This document shows, in pieces, positions 24,309-36,694 of a stretch of 64,000 bases of DNA; position 1 is the stretch's first letter, and every line of letters begins with the position of its first letter. The notes under the pieces were generated by a model. That model made no database searches and had not been told where the DNA came from. It saw nothing but the letters and a program-made list of their open reading frames with translations. A program made the position numbers and the translations under genes. Source of the stretch: Curvularia clavata (taxonomy: Eukaryota); the NCBI GenBank assembly GCA_023920165.1, contig CP089275.1:5084001-5148000 (forward strand), written 5' to 3'.

Positions 24309-27300
24309 ATGCCAGCCTTCCGCACACTGTTGCCCTTTCTCCTCGTCCTCGCCCTCGCCTCCTTTCTGCCGTCAGCAAGCGCCGTGTTTGTCAACTTCAA
24401 AGATTGCCTCCCACGACTCTACCTCGCCGACGGCAAGTCAACACCATATCTCCGCTTCACTCCCGAATACGTGTGGGCCGACTTCAGCCCCGAGTATCGC
24501 CTAAACGTCACCGTCTATGGAAACGTCTCTGGCCAGTCCCAACCAGGCGAGTACCCACCTCTGGACGATGATAATTGGAAGGATCCCAATAAGACTATTG
24601 GCAAACTTGTCAACCTGAACGAAAACCACAAGCACTTTACGACCCTCTTCTGGACCAACAAAGTCCTGTCTTATTCTGCATACACCGCGCCGCCTGCCCG
24701 CTTCTGCGATTCCGTTCTCAACACTAGCTGCCCTGTTGCACCTGCTTTCAGTGCAAATGCCAGCCAGTTTTGGACATTACCCGCCATCAGTGTATCCCAC
24801 GACTTCAGCAGCTCATATGGCTTCACTACCTGGGCTTCGACGCTGCGCATCGTATCCGGAAATGACGCCGCTACTCCACTAGGCTGTATTTCCGCTAGCA
24901 TCACTCCTGACCTTGGCACGCAGCTTGCAGATTCCCTTTGCTACTTCCCCGCTGCCATACTCGCTCTCGTGGCCATCGCCACCGTCTTTGCTGCCACGTG
25001 CAGTCCTTGGGGAACCTCCAACATTTTCCGCTCCACGAGCAACTACGGCCGAGACGAAGATCTCCTGCGCTTGGTCACTCCGGGCTTTGGTGATTGTCTG
25101 CAGTACATCCAATTCATCGTCCTGGCAGGCAGTCTCAGTCTCAACTATCCAGGATTCTTCCAGCCCGCTGTCAGCCAGGCCAGCTGGTCCATCCTCTTGT
25201 TCAACCAGAGCTTTGTCAGCGAGGGCAATGGCTCCCAGAGTCTCGCCAATGGTATCTACTTCGTCAACGGAACCTACGGCCTAACCCGCCTCGGCCAGTA
25301 TGTCGGCATCACCAAGGACGAGGACATGTGGGCATGCATGGCCATCTTTCTCCTTGTCTTGATTGCCTGTGTCGTCACCCTTACCCAGCTAGGCTTCTTC
25401 GGCCGCTGGCTTATGCGTTGGGCGACCAACACGTCTGATGGCGACTTGACGGGAAAGAACTGGGCATTTACAGCCGGCAACATCATTCGCACCATCTACA
25501 ACTACTTCCTACTGCCCATAATAGCTTTGTCGCTGTTTCAGCTTGTCGTGGCCCCACGCTCACCGGCATCTGTCGTGGCCACGGCTGTCTTCATGCTAAT
25601 TCTTGTTGCCAGTGTTGCCACCTGGATCTTCTGGTTCATCTTCACCACACGCCCTCGCGCTCACCTCTTCGATGATCTTCCCACTGTCTTGACCTACGGT
25701 CCTCTTTATAATACCTACTCGGACGATGCGGCACCGTTTGCCTTTATTCCCGTATTGCTGACCATCATACGTGGCATTGCTATCGGTGCCATTCAGCCTT
25801 CAGGCATCGCCCAGATCATCGTACTTGCGATATGTGAAGTAATCCTAATCCTGACCCTGCACGCCTTTCGACCATTCCAGTCAAACACGTCCATGAACGC
25901 TTACCACACCTTTTTCTCCATCATTCGACTCGCCTGTGTCCTCCTCTCTGTAGCTTTTGTACCCTCTCTCGACGTTGACGAGGCTCCCAAAGGCTGGATC
26001 GGATACATCATTCTGCTCCTCCATGGTATTGTTTTGGTATTTGGCTTTTTCCTGAATGCTCTGCAAACTATCATCGAAGTCGCAGCAAGACTTGCCGGCC
26101 TAGGAGGAGATCAAAGAGGTGGCCTGACTGCTGTCTTTGGAAAGCGGCAACTTTCTAAGCGGAATCTTCATCGGCACGCTCGCAGCAGTCTCGGCTCTAA
26201 TGCTGTCATGCTTCCCCATGATGAGAATAAGAACATCCAGCTGATGAGCAGCCGATCCCGGAGCATGTCCGCAAGTTCAGCTGTTCTCTTGGGTGGACCT
26301 CACGACCGAGACAGCCAGCGCGCGAGCGTAGGCTTCGATGGATTCAGCCAAGGCGACTTTGGGAGCAGCAGCCCGATGCCTGGACAGAACGCGGTGCCCT
26401 TCAATTTCCTTGGTGGCGGATCCGGCCAAAGCTCCAGGCGACCAACCTTGGGTGCCATGGACACTGCTGATCCATACTATCGCCCTCCACGGCCTCGAAA
26501 GCACACAATGGACTCGATAACTGCCACTGCACCAGGCAAAGCCCCGCCCCGAAGTGCCGATATTGCCGATGCTCCCTACTCGGACCACTTTGATACTGAT
26601 ACTATCAAGGCTGGCGAGGGTCCTTCGCGTAACTCTGGTACTCCAGCTCCGGCATACCTCCGACTAAACCGGGACGACTCCGACCCTAACCTCGAGAGAC
26701 GCAACGTTACTACAGACTACTCTGTGCGAGAATCCGACTTTTACTATGGTCTTCGCGGGCCGGCTTTGTCCTCCCAACCAACACGCAAATTGAAGACTGG
26801 TCCTGCAGATCCCATGGGTCCTGTCTCCTCAGCTACTGGTTGGTTCAAGAGCTTGAATCTGCTTGGTGGGCGTAAAAAGGAGAAGAGCAAGGGGTTCGAA
26901 GTTGTTAGGAGCACGCGCATTCCTCCACAGATGATGGCTGTTGAAGAGGATACCGATTCCCCAGAAATCTCGCAGGAACCCTATCGCGACAGTCCAGACT
27001 CGCCTCCTCAGGCGAGAAAGGTATCCAGTGCCTCTCGTGTGGCATCAGCCGCTGTCTTGAGCGGTGGTAGACGGAACTCTTCAGACAGCGAGTCGGACAG
27101 CAGTGACAGCTTTGATCCGGTACCTCGTGTTTCACCCACCGCACCGGCCCTGGGCCCTATCGAGAGCTTTGGCGGGATTGAGCTTCCCAGCAGAATCGGG
27201 TCTCGTGCTTCCCGTATTACACAATCACAAGGTCCCCCGAGTCGTACGCCTACGTTGCCACGCAAGAACTCGCGGCGGACGAGGTCGCCTGAGGCTGGCG

Positions 27301-27701
27301 CGCTCTCAGACCAGTTGCCAGTAGTAATGAATCTTTCAAATTCAACGAACTCAGGATATCAGCCCACCCAGCAAAGCCACCACTTAACGCCAAGCGGACC
27401 TGGTGGGCTACCCATCCGCCTTCCTTTCGGATCCACCGAACCATCGCCCGAGCGCTCGTCTGGTCCTTCTGCGGCATCGAGTATATATCGTCACGATGGT
27501 GCCAGCGAACTGAACACACCACCAGCGATTGGCACTGCAGACCGGCCTTTGAGTACCGGCTATGTCCAACATCGCATGATGAAGGACAGCGTTCAGACGG
27601 ACAGCTATGATGCTGGCGGTCATCTTGAGGCATCAGCAGAAATTGTCGACCGTAGCCGTAGCGGCAGTACACAGCACAGTAGGCGAAGTCGCCACATGTG
27701 A
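24309..27701 (+). CDS. TRP-like/FLC (flavin carrier, Pkd2-like) integral membrane protein with ML-like N-terminal domain and long disordered C-tail
   Basis: Signal peptide MPAFRTLLPFLLVLALASFLPSASA, Cys-containing luminal domain, PGFGDCLQYIQF, LSLNYPGFFQP, YGPLYNTY and multiple TM segments; intronless. An alternative in-frame ATG lies at 24183. Confidence 0.85.
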   Translation: MPAFRTLLPFLLVLALASFLPSASAVFVNFKDCLPRLYLADGKSTPYLRFTPEYVWADFSPEYRLNVTVYGNVSGQSQPGEYPPLDDDNWKDPNKTIGKLVNLNENHKHFTTLFWTNKVLSYSAYTAPPARFCDSVLNTSCPVAPAFSANASQFWTLPAISVSHDFSSSYGFTTWASTLRIVSGNDAATPLGCISASITPDLGTQLADSLCYFPAAILALVAIATVFAATCSPWGTSNIFRSTSNYGRDEDLLRLVTPGFGDCLQYIQFIVLAGSLSLNYPGFFQPAVSQASWSILLFNQSFVSEGNGSQSLANGIYFVNGTYGLTRLGQYVGITKDEDMWACMAIFLLVLIACVVTLTQLGFFGRWLMRWATNTSDGDLTGKNWAFTAGNIIRTIYNYFLLPIIALSLFQLVVAPRSPASVVATAVFMLILVASVATWIFWFIFTTRPRAHLFDDLPTVLTYGPLYNTYSDDAAPFAFIPVLLTIIRGIAIGAIQPSGIAQIIVLAICEVILILTLHAFRPFQSNTSMNAYHTFFSIIRLACVLLSVAFVPSLDVDEAPKGWIGYIILLLHGIVLVFGFFLNALQTIIEVAARLAGLGGDQRGGLTAVFGKRQLSKRNLHRHARSSLGSNAVMLPHDENKNIQLMSSRSRSMSASSAVLLGGPHDRDSQRASVGFDGFSQGDFGSSSPMPGQNAVPFNFLGGGSGQSSRRPTLGAMDTADPYYRPPRPRKHTMDSITATAPGKAPPRSADIADAPYSDHFDTDTIKAGEGPSRNSGTPAPAYLRLNRDDSDPNLERRNVTTDYSVRESDFYYGLRGPALSSQPTRKLKTGPADPMGPVSSATGWFKSLNLLGGRKKEKSKGFEVVRSTRIPPQMMAVEEDTDSPEISQEPYRDSPDSPPQARKVSSASRVASAAVLSGGRRNSSDSESDSSDSFDPVPRVSPTAPALGPIESFGGIELPSRIGSRASRITQSQGPPSRTPTLPRKNSRRTRSPEAGALSDQLPVVMNLSNSTNSGYQPTQQSHHLTPSGPGGLPIRLPFGSTEPSPERSSGPSAASSIYRHDGASELNTPPAIGTADRPLSTGYVQHRMMKDSVQTDSYDAGGHLEASAEIVDRSRSGSTQHSRRSRHM

Positions 27702-28690
27702 GGGCTGCTCCTCTCTATTTTTTTTATTAAAAAGAAAACACATTCTCGGCTTGCACTGCTATGAGCGAAACTGGCTTATTTGTAATACATGTTAACGCAA
27801 AACGTGCATTCACGAATCTCCTTGCTGTATAGTTGCTTAAAAAAAAGCGAGTTTCGGTGGCGTTTTCCTTGGTTGGGCAAGCAGCGTACTGTTCAGGTAC
27901 CAAGTTGACTAGATTTCTTATTTCATCATACACACCGGACATCGGAGTTCCGTATTTCAGCCAGCATACACAATAGTAATTTCAAATAATTCAGCTATCG
28001 AGACAACTTCTTGCATCTTGCATAGACATGTTTTATTGTGACAGCATTCCGCCGTTGGCGCGCGGCCGAGGCTGGCCGGGTCATGGTTTTTCCGTCAAGA
28101 GGCTAAAGTGTGGCGCAACTGATCGCGTGAAACCACTAAGATAACGATAGCAGCGACGCCTGAGGCGATCACGCACGCATCGCCCTCTCCGCGGCCTTCC
28201 CCAGCTGAAACAATTTCTTGCTTTTGATGACTATGAATCCTGTATAGCCTGGCGAGCTTCGCAAGCACCACTGCTCTCTCCTTGCCTGAAAACTGCAGCT
28301 GTAGCTATATGCGCTGCGTAGGACGTGTGGTTAAAGTTCCCCTGGGCGAGCCGACGCGCAGGGACCCACCTCCGCGCCTGTTCACCGCAACGCTCCGCTA
28401 TTGATAGGTGAGTGAAGACGTCGAGGCTTGCTGTGTGGCGGCTCGCTGACAGTAACCAACAGCCCTGCTCCGGTTGCTCTACCACAGGTCTAGTTAGGTA
28501 GAAGAGACAAACCAAGTGGCGGCATATTGCCGTTTACCGGCCGACCTTCTCTACGAAGACCCCAGCCCAGACCTCCACTTCGATATCACATGAGCTCTTG
28601 CTCTTTGAGTTGCTGTGGCGCCCTATATCCACTCTTTTCACGTCTATAGTCTGCTTCCCAATCACTACAGGCAGTTCCGATACATTCTAA

Positions 28691-30637
28691 ATGCCTCCCA
28701 ACGCCGTCCCGCACCCGAGCGGACCGTATACACGCAGTTCGCATGCCTACGAGAGTCAGGACGATAGCGCGAGTCGTAGTATACAAGGGTCACATGGGGC
28801 TCTGCTGGGGAACAGTTCCCGACAACATTCAGGAGGAGTTGTCGCATCACACTTCCTAGCCCAGGACGCCGAAACGTGGATGGACTTTTTGAGAGACGGT
28901 ACCGAAACCAACGTCAACCAGCAACCGTTGTCCACCGAGCTCGACCCCGCGGCCGCCCATGAAGCCCGCGCAAACCCCTCCTCTGCGCGGTATTCTCTCC
29001 CCAGTCGCCCTTCGCCCCGCACAGATTCATCGTCCTCTCTGAGCTCTGACCGCAAGCGGCGTCTGACTACAGCTGACTCGCCTATGAGGCGGCCGTCGAG
29101 TATAAGGATGCATTCTGAGGGCGCAGGGAACACCAGTTCGGACCCCATCATGTTGGACTCGTCGCCTGCCTCTCTACGCGCACTCCCACCTACGCCGCCC
29201 GTCCCACCACAAACCAACACCACGCCAGCAAGAAGGCAGAGCGATATCGTCCTGCCACCTTGGCAGCCTGATAGCGACGTCACACAGTGCCCGGTGTGCA
29301 AGAGGCCCTTTACATTCCTGCTTAGGAGGCATCATTGCAGGTGAGCTACTACTCCGCTTCTTACTAGTTATCTTGTTCGACTGGGCATCCATACAGTTAT
29401 GGTGAGGGACTGTTGGTTGCAGCCGAAGTAATTCTGACAAATCATGTTCTAACATGCGTGAAAAGGAAATGCGGAAGAGTTGTATGCGCCTCTTGCTCTC
29501 CACATCGTATTACTATACCCCGACAGTTCATCGTTCACCCCCCGTCTGAAATCGCATCCAACTTCATTGATTTGACAGGGGATGACGATAATGACATGTC
29601 GGCTTTCGGCCCGTTCCGTAACCCAGCACTAGGCGGAGGCGAAGAAGTCCGCGTTTGTAACCCATGTGTACCTGACCCTAACTTCAGTCCACCACCCCAG
29701 TGTCCATCTCCTGGCCGTGACCCCAGATATACGTTTCAACTACCTCCGTCTTCTAGATCACACCACGCCGCACCACCACATTCCCGTGGACATAGGCCTT
29801 CTTCAAGTGTCCACGATGTGCCACGGTATGCAAGTCAAGGACACGTATATGGCCAACGGGAACGTCCGAACGACAACAACCAAAGCAGGCGTGTGACCTA
29901 CAACGGCAGCTCAAGTATTCGAGACCGACAGCTCCCTCCCCTTCCCACCTCTGCTGCCCAGCAGCAACACCCACACCATCGCGCGCCCCTCATCTCGCAG
30001 ACATTATCAAACAGCCGTCCTCGTCATCGATCCACCTTCGGAGCCACAACGTTTGCAGGCTCGCCGTTTGGACAAGCCACTTCCTCTGCAATCCCGCTGC
30101 CATCCCACCTGCCCCAGCCTCGACGTCAGATTCCCGAGGAGGATGAATGCCCCATCTGTGGGGAGGAGCTTCCACCCAAGGGACCTGATGGCGATGACAA
30201 GGACCGCACTAAGCATATTGAAGATTGCATCGCACTGCATTCTGCATCTCCTGGACCCAAACCAACTCCCGCACCACAGACATCTGCAAGTCTTCCCACT
30301 CAACGTACCCGTGGCATGAGCAGTGCAGGAAACGGTGAGGGAGCTAGTAACAGAATGAGCCATGCTGCGCGCGGCATGTTTCCTTATATTGCGACCGAAA
30401 AGGATTGTGTGGATGACGAGGGGGCGCAAGCAGAATGTACCATTTGCTTGGAAGATTTCGAAGCTGGTGATCGTATGGCGAGGTTGGTTTGCTGGTGCAA
30501 ATTCCATGAGGTATGTTCTGTCTTGAGGTCGGTAGTGTGGCTGAAGGATGTTCGCTAACCAAACACAGTCATGCATCAAGGAGTGGTGGAACAAAAAGGG
30601 CAGAGGAGCTTGTCCTACCCACCAACTTCAGGAATAA
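28691..30637 (+). CDS. PIB1: FYVE + RING-finger E3 ligase (Pib1-like), 3 coding exons
   Basis: FYVE signature WQPD...CPVC...RRHHCRKCGRVVC across intron 29341..29465; C-terminal RING CTICLEDF...CWCKFHESCIKEWW...CPTH across intron 30511..30568. Confidence 0.85.
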
Positions 30638-30855
30638 CGTCCTTGGCCTGTTGATCGAGATGTATCCCTTGCTACCCCTTCATATGCCATACCGAGTCGC
30701 CAGCATGCCAAGCCTTCCTAAGACGAGGACGCTTGGTCTCGATCGTCTCCGCTCGCAGTTTTCTTAACTAGATTATGGGTTTATTGGCGTCATTCCTTTG
30801 GGTATACCCTCTTGTCTCTCTTTTAGCATTTTCCTTCTGTTTTGCAGCGAGCAAT

Positions 30856-30882
30856 TCATCATCATCATTATCATCATCATCA
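30856..30882 (+). repeat. Imperfect (TCA)n microsatellite in the 3' flank of PIB1
   Basis: TCATCATCATCATTATCATCATCATCA is visible. Confidence 0.8.
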
Positions 30883-31574
30883 GCAGTAGCAGCTTTGTTT
30901 TGGAAGCACAGCAGAAAGGCATGTGGGTAAATGGTGAGGTGGCATCGGCACTGGTTAGACTCCACTTTTTGGCGTAACGAAATATTAAATCATACTTGGT
31001 GAATGCTTTGCCTTGCGGTGTTGTAGTGGTGACAAGGCCCTTGTGACATGTTTGCTGTACAAATGCCCCGATATCTGGCGCGCGCTCTTACCACTACCTA
31101 GTCTCTTTCACCATGCACTATGTATACTAGGAATCCCGCATCTTACCATCAAGCAAGCCTCTCCTCTTAGTAAGAGCTGGGTGGCCTGCTAGCACAACGT
31201 TTGAATCTAACAGGCGCAGGTGGTTTTATGACTACTAACAAATGAAGAGAATACGAGAATACAACAACGAAAAAACCTAGGGGGACGCTCCGGAGGGGCT
31301 TGCTTGATCTTTGACATTTTGGTGAAGCGTCTTTTTTTGCAGTAATGATGGTGAAGGGGACGAGTAGGATAGGAATGCCCTAGGGAGAGAAAGCAACTCC
31401 GACGACATTCTGCTGATGACCATATTAGTATTTTGAGATCAACCAAACCTAATTTGTTATCTGGTTTCTAGTTACTGTAAGTAGAAAATACAGGCATTCC
31501 TTCAACTGCCCAAGAGTAGAGAAAACGACTTCAAAGTCTATCCATCTATACTGCCCGAAAAAAAGCCAACCCAA

Positions 31575-32594
31575 CTACCTCCGCATCTCCGCCAGAATCG
31601 CCTCAAGCTGCTCTCTCTGCCAATCCTGCGAGATACTATAATGCGTGTCCTCCTCCTTCATCCTCAGCACCACCTTTCCCTGTTCTCCCCCCAACCTCTC
31701 CGCGATACCCCTCCCATGATTCGGCGGTATAAACACATCTTTGCCTCCATACCACAACCATACCGGCAAATCCCTCCTTATATCCTCTATCTTAAACCCC
31801 CAGTCACTACAGATGACCCTTCCATCCATCGCCACACCCTCAAACCCCTGCCTATTCGCCTCTCTAGTCGCCTTGAGCCCTAACCTCAAGAAATCCACAT
31901 CACCAATAATCCTCCTATCTTTGTCATTCTTAATCTTGGCCAACGTCTTCGGATCCAACATCCTCCTCTCCCTCTCCTCATCGCTCAAGTCCATGCGTCC
32001 AAACGCATCGAGGCGGAAAAAACATTCAATCAGATACGCAGGCGCGTAGCGCCATCCGTACGGGAAACTCAACCAGTGCATCCAGTCCGCAGCCCACATG
32101 CTCATATCTGGCGGCCCCAGACCGCATATCACGGCCACGCATTTGAGCTGTGTAGCTGGTAAGCTTGCTGCGCAGGAAAGAGCGTAGGGTCCCCCGCCGG
32201 ATACGCCCATCACGGAGTAGCTTTCGAGTCCTAGGTGCTGCACTAGGTGCGCGACGTCATCGGCCCAGCTGAGGACGGTGCGGTTGGCACAGGGGCTGCT
32301 GAGACCGATGCCAGGTCGGTCGATGGCGATGATGCGTGCGCCGAGGGATTCGGCGAGCGAGTGGTAGCGGGATGCTTCGAGCCGCGAGCCGGGGAGTCCA
32401 TGGAAGTAGAGTATGGCGGAGCCGTTAGGAGTGCCGTATTCGGCCCAGCCGAGCTGGCGGCCCGAGGGGAGGGTGAAGGTGGAGGAGGTGCTGGAGTCGA
32501 GGAGGTAGCGGCATTTGGGGAGTTGAGGGTCTTGGCCTTGTTCTGTTCTGTTATCCGAGTTTGTTTTGTTGGTGGCTATGATGTTGGAGTCCAT
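31575..32594 (-). CDS. Alpha/beta-fold hydrolase
   Basis: FHGLPGSR, DRPGIG, nucleophile elbow GVSGGG, Asp in GGKDVF, His in DTHYS; intronless 339 aa. Confidence 0.9.
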   Translation of the reverse strand: MDSNIIATNKTNSDNRTEQGQDPQLPKCRYLLDSSTSSTFTLPSGRQLGWAEYGTPNGSAILYFHGLPGSRLEASRYHSLAESLGARIIAIDRPGIGLSSPCANRTVLSWADDVAHLVQHLGLESYSVMGVSGGGPYALSCAASLPATQLKCVAVICGLGPPDMSMWAADWMHWLSFPYGWRYAPAYLIECFFRLDAFGRMDLSDEERERRMLDPKTLAKIKNDKDRRIIGDVDFLRLGLKATREANRQGFEGVAMDGRVICSDWGFKIEDIRRDLPVWLWYGGKDVFIPPNHGRGIAERLGGEQGKVVLRMKEEDTHYSISQDWQREQLEAILAEMRR

Positions 32595-35500
32595 GGTTGG
32601 GCGAGTGATGTATGTATCCAGGACTGTATGCGAAAAGAGAAGTCGTAATGTTTTATTCTATGAACTCTTTGCTTTCTAGAAAGTCTCATTGATTGAAATC
32701 TGAATACTATCTGTTTTATAAATAGTTGGAAAATTGTCGTGGTTCGGTGGGTCGGTCGACCGTCTAAGGCGTCCGTCATCTCGCTTCCTCCGATCTATCC
32801 CGCGGCTAAGGTGAGTCTGTAAGGCAACAGCATAAGTCTTCTGACAATACAATCAAGAACAAAAATAGAGGTTATGGCTTATGCCGGTTTCTTCCGAGGC
32901 ATCAGGCGCGTGCTGAGTATGTGCAGGGATGGAACACGTGATTGGAATTCTTTGCCGTTGTTGGGGTTTGAATAGTTGAGATTGAATCAATACTTCAGCG
33001 CAGGACACATAAAATGTGGTATGTGAATTGAGTTTTTGAAATTGCGTTCTAGAAATCTTTTCGCCACATCCACCGACTCGAAACTCTGATCAAGGAGTTC
33101 TAGCAGCCGCTGGTTGCTCAGTGACGAATTTGATCCCGATCCTAGCCACACCCGCATAAAGCAAAATACTAGGGTCTTGAGAATAAAATCGTTCTACTTT
33201 AAACTTTCGGGAGAGATAATCTGATGCAGCGAGTAAATCATTTCGAGTTGGTGTACTGCAGTGTCACTTCGATCACTTAATTGCCGCGCCGTCAGACCCG
33301 GCGATCAGATACTGTCGTAGAGCCAAAAGAAACTCCCGCTATGCAAGAAAACATAATATCAGAACCTTAAATATGGGACGATATGTGAAGTTATGGTGAG
33401 CCGATGTGAGAGTGCTGCGATCGGTACTGACACCGTAGTGCGACCTGAGATGGTTGGTGACTGATTGGGAAGATTTATGAGGAGTGATATGTATACGGCT
33501 TATTCTTGAGCTGAAATTCCTGTTACCGTGGGGAAAGCAACATTGACGCTGTTAAACGTAACCCAGCATCGTTCATCGCCCGACCGGATCTCATCAGGTT
33601 CCGCTACACCAATTATGCACAGCTGGGTAGATCTGATACAACAAGTGTATAGAACACACAGACGTCTTACAGTCAATCAGATGTCGTGCTCGGCTAGGCG
33701 TTGGGCGCGCCGTAAGCTGCATGTGAGATACGCAGCCAGTAGTGAGACCTCGATGATGTGGAAATAAGCACGTATCTCGGGATTTGTTGTGTGACCATTG
33801 TATCTGATGAAAATGTGATCTGCACCAATCATTTTTCACGACAAAGTATGCAATCTCGTTGATTAACGAGACTGTTTCAGCCTATCCATGTTACGGTATA
33901 GTATGCAGAATGTCCGCAGTGTAGAACACGACCATTATAGCGACCTAGGGCTTCTATACGAACATGTTGATTGTAGTGCTTACAAGCAGTTACTCGATCC
34001 AGCAAGTTGATCATGCGGTGAGAGCATACGTCGTGTTACTGAAGTATACTCCTGCTGCACGCACTTTGGATCTCAGCCACCGACTAGCGCTCAAACACTT
34101 AAAATTTCAGGTGTACGAAGTACATTCACGACATCAGAATGATAAGACACTCTCGGTATGTGTGCCTCGTTTTGAGCGTACCCTAGTCAACTCGGTAATC
34201 CAGCACCAGTATGACTTCGCTGGCCATTCTATACACAGCGTGCATTTTATCGACCTAAATACATTTGTATCGCAGACTGACTGAAAAACTAGATCATTCA
34301 TATCTATTTCGCTGATATACTAGAATCCGGCGCGGACTAGCATATGAATGTAAGAGGTTGGTTGGCCGTTCCAAGCCAAGCGGGAAGGACAGTGCCTGGG
34401 CGATATTCCACTAGATAGCGGGTAGCACCGCGGGACAATGGGACTATGAGGGGTCTCCACGCTGACTCTGCCATCTTACAGACTACTGAAATCTTCCGGC
34501 TCTACTGGTTCTAACGTGTGAAAGGACCAAAGTACTCAATAGTAGGATGACATCCATACAACTGTGCGGTGCAGCCGTATTATCTCAAGCAGTAGCAGAA
34601 CTATCCTGAGTAGTTCTGGTGTTGCATGAGAGCTATTAGTCACATGTAGAGACCGTGAGGTCCATGTCGGGCGCGACTTGACCCTGCTAGATGTAGGTCA
34701 GCTCGCGTTGTCGGGCTAAGTCGCGCCTGATAGCCTTAGTCGCGTCTATCAACACAACAACACGCTTAAGGGGTTGCATCGATACCTCAAGAGGTAAAAG
34801 AATAGGCATCATGACATGCACAACGGTCGTATCACCAGCTGAAGCCTTGTTTCTTGGCTCAAGTGGATAGGAACGGTCTGGATCTTGTGACAAAATGTCA
34901 CTGTATAGAGAAGTCAACAAATCATTAAATATGCAATTTTGACAACAACATCTGATAATCTTTTTCTTCCTCGCATCCATACTTTTCGACATCTATGCCA
35001 TGAGTTCAAATACTAGACTGAGTTGAACTTTGCTTAGAGATAGCGTGGAGTTGGAAGCACAGGGGTACAATTCCAGTCCGCGGAGTCAGTACTTGCTGCA
35101 GCACAGTGAGACCTTTACATGTGAAACATGGTTACGCATCGGATGTTGCTGGCCGTCTGCCTCCTGTGATAATGCCATGTGAAAACAGAGTTTAGGTTCT
35201 GTCACCCCGCAAACGCTCCAAACGCGCAAAGAAGTGGGGAAGCGCTCAACATGGACATCTGATCGGTAGCTATTAGGCGACTTCCAGGTCTTCGGGGGGC
35301 TGGGTTGTACCAAATCCAAGAAAAAAGCAAAGTGCGCTATATACTACGTACTTCCGAGGCTTTCGATCGCTCACATGTGACTTTAAGATGAGAGAGAGAG
35401 GCAACAGAGGAGTTGTGGAACAGGAAGGCTGCATAGCCTGTTCAATGCATCCCACGCCTTGCAAAACAGTGCTCCGACATAATTTCATGCAGTGAATAGC

Positions 35501-36694
35501 ACACCATGTCTTCGCCGTTATTCGCCTTGGAAAGCAAACCGTAGGTTGGACCAATAGATCTATTAGTCTCAGGCAATTCTCCTTTCCTTGGCACTCGCCG
35601 ACGCACGCCAATGTGTATACCGTACGGTTGTGGCAAATCAGCGCTTGCGTGTCCCGGATAGCAAGCGATGTTGAAATCACGGGCTTCTACCAAACTACCG
35701 TTCTGTCACTTGACGGGATCGGGGATGTTTTCCTATGGCATACTCTAGGCTCTTGGCTGCGAAGTCTGGACCCTTACTATGGTTTAGTTTGATCCCTTAC
35801 CTATGGTGCAGTCTAAACCTGTAAACTCACCCCACTCGGCTAGTTCTTGTTACGGGCAATCGCCGATTTAGATTGTTGAACGTACTGCTCAACCACTGCT
35901 GTCGAGAAAACTAGGCTCAGCCTATCTTTGACATGAAAGGGCAAACATGGCATGTTGAAAAATGATTGATGGAGTCTTTCCCTCTCGTTGTCACGTCGCA
36001 TCCGGGACTGCTTACGCGTCCCTACGAAATCTTTCGACAGACATCGGCACCACCCTGACCTCTTTAGAAGACTGCACCTCTTTGGTGGCTCGGATCACGG
36101 GTAAGGGACTTGAAAGGGCTCATCTTGCGGGGTTTTCCCAAGAAAATCCATCGAGTCACAGGTACCACTTGGCTGGCATTTGTTCAGACATCCGATTTGA
36201 TATTACTTATCCTCGCTTACCAACTGGTTGAGCCTAGTCTGAGAGAATGCGTGCTCGCGTCATCGTGGCCTGGAGCTGAAAGTATGATGATTGGTTCAGT
36301 GACCGTGCTAATGCTACGCGAGTGTGCAAGGATAAGACGGAATCCTGAATCTGGGGTCGATCGCGATCTTCGACAGCTGCTACAATTTATTATTGCGAAT
36401 ACGCTTGACAGCCTCCTGTTTCCTCCGACGTGACCTGATCATCGTTCGATGCCTGCTTAGATTGAAATCTCTGCAACATTCTTGAGAAGCTGTCTTAATA
36501 ATGAGCAGCTGAAATAAGACAGATAAGAAGAAGGGTTGCTTATAGGTGTCTTTGGCACCTTTCGTAACATCAAGCGTAAGTCCAAGCAGTCGTTATATGA
36601 CGGAAATTGACTGACTGTTGTTTGCAGCATATATTTGTTTAACATCCCCCATCGTCAAATTTCTCCGAATACTTTCCCAACCGGACGATCTGGC

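Noticed and set aside
32800..36600. Possible transposon relics or short genes (for example 34687..34992) in the long spacer
   Set aside because: I found no transposase, RT or integrase motifs, terminal repeats or coherent exon chains. Highly degraded relics cannot be excluded without a repeat-library search.
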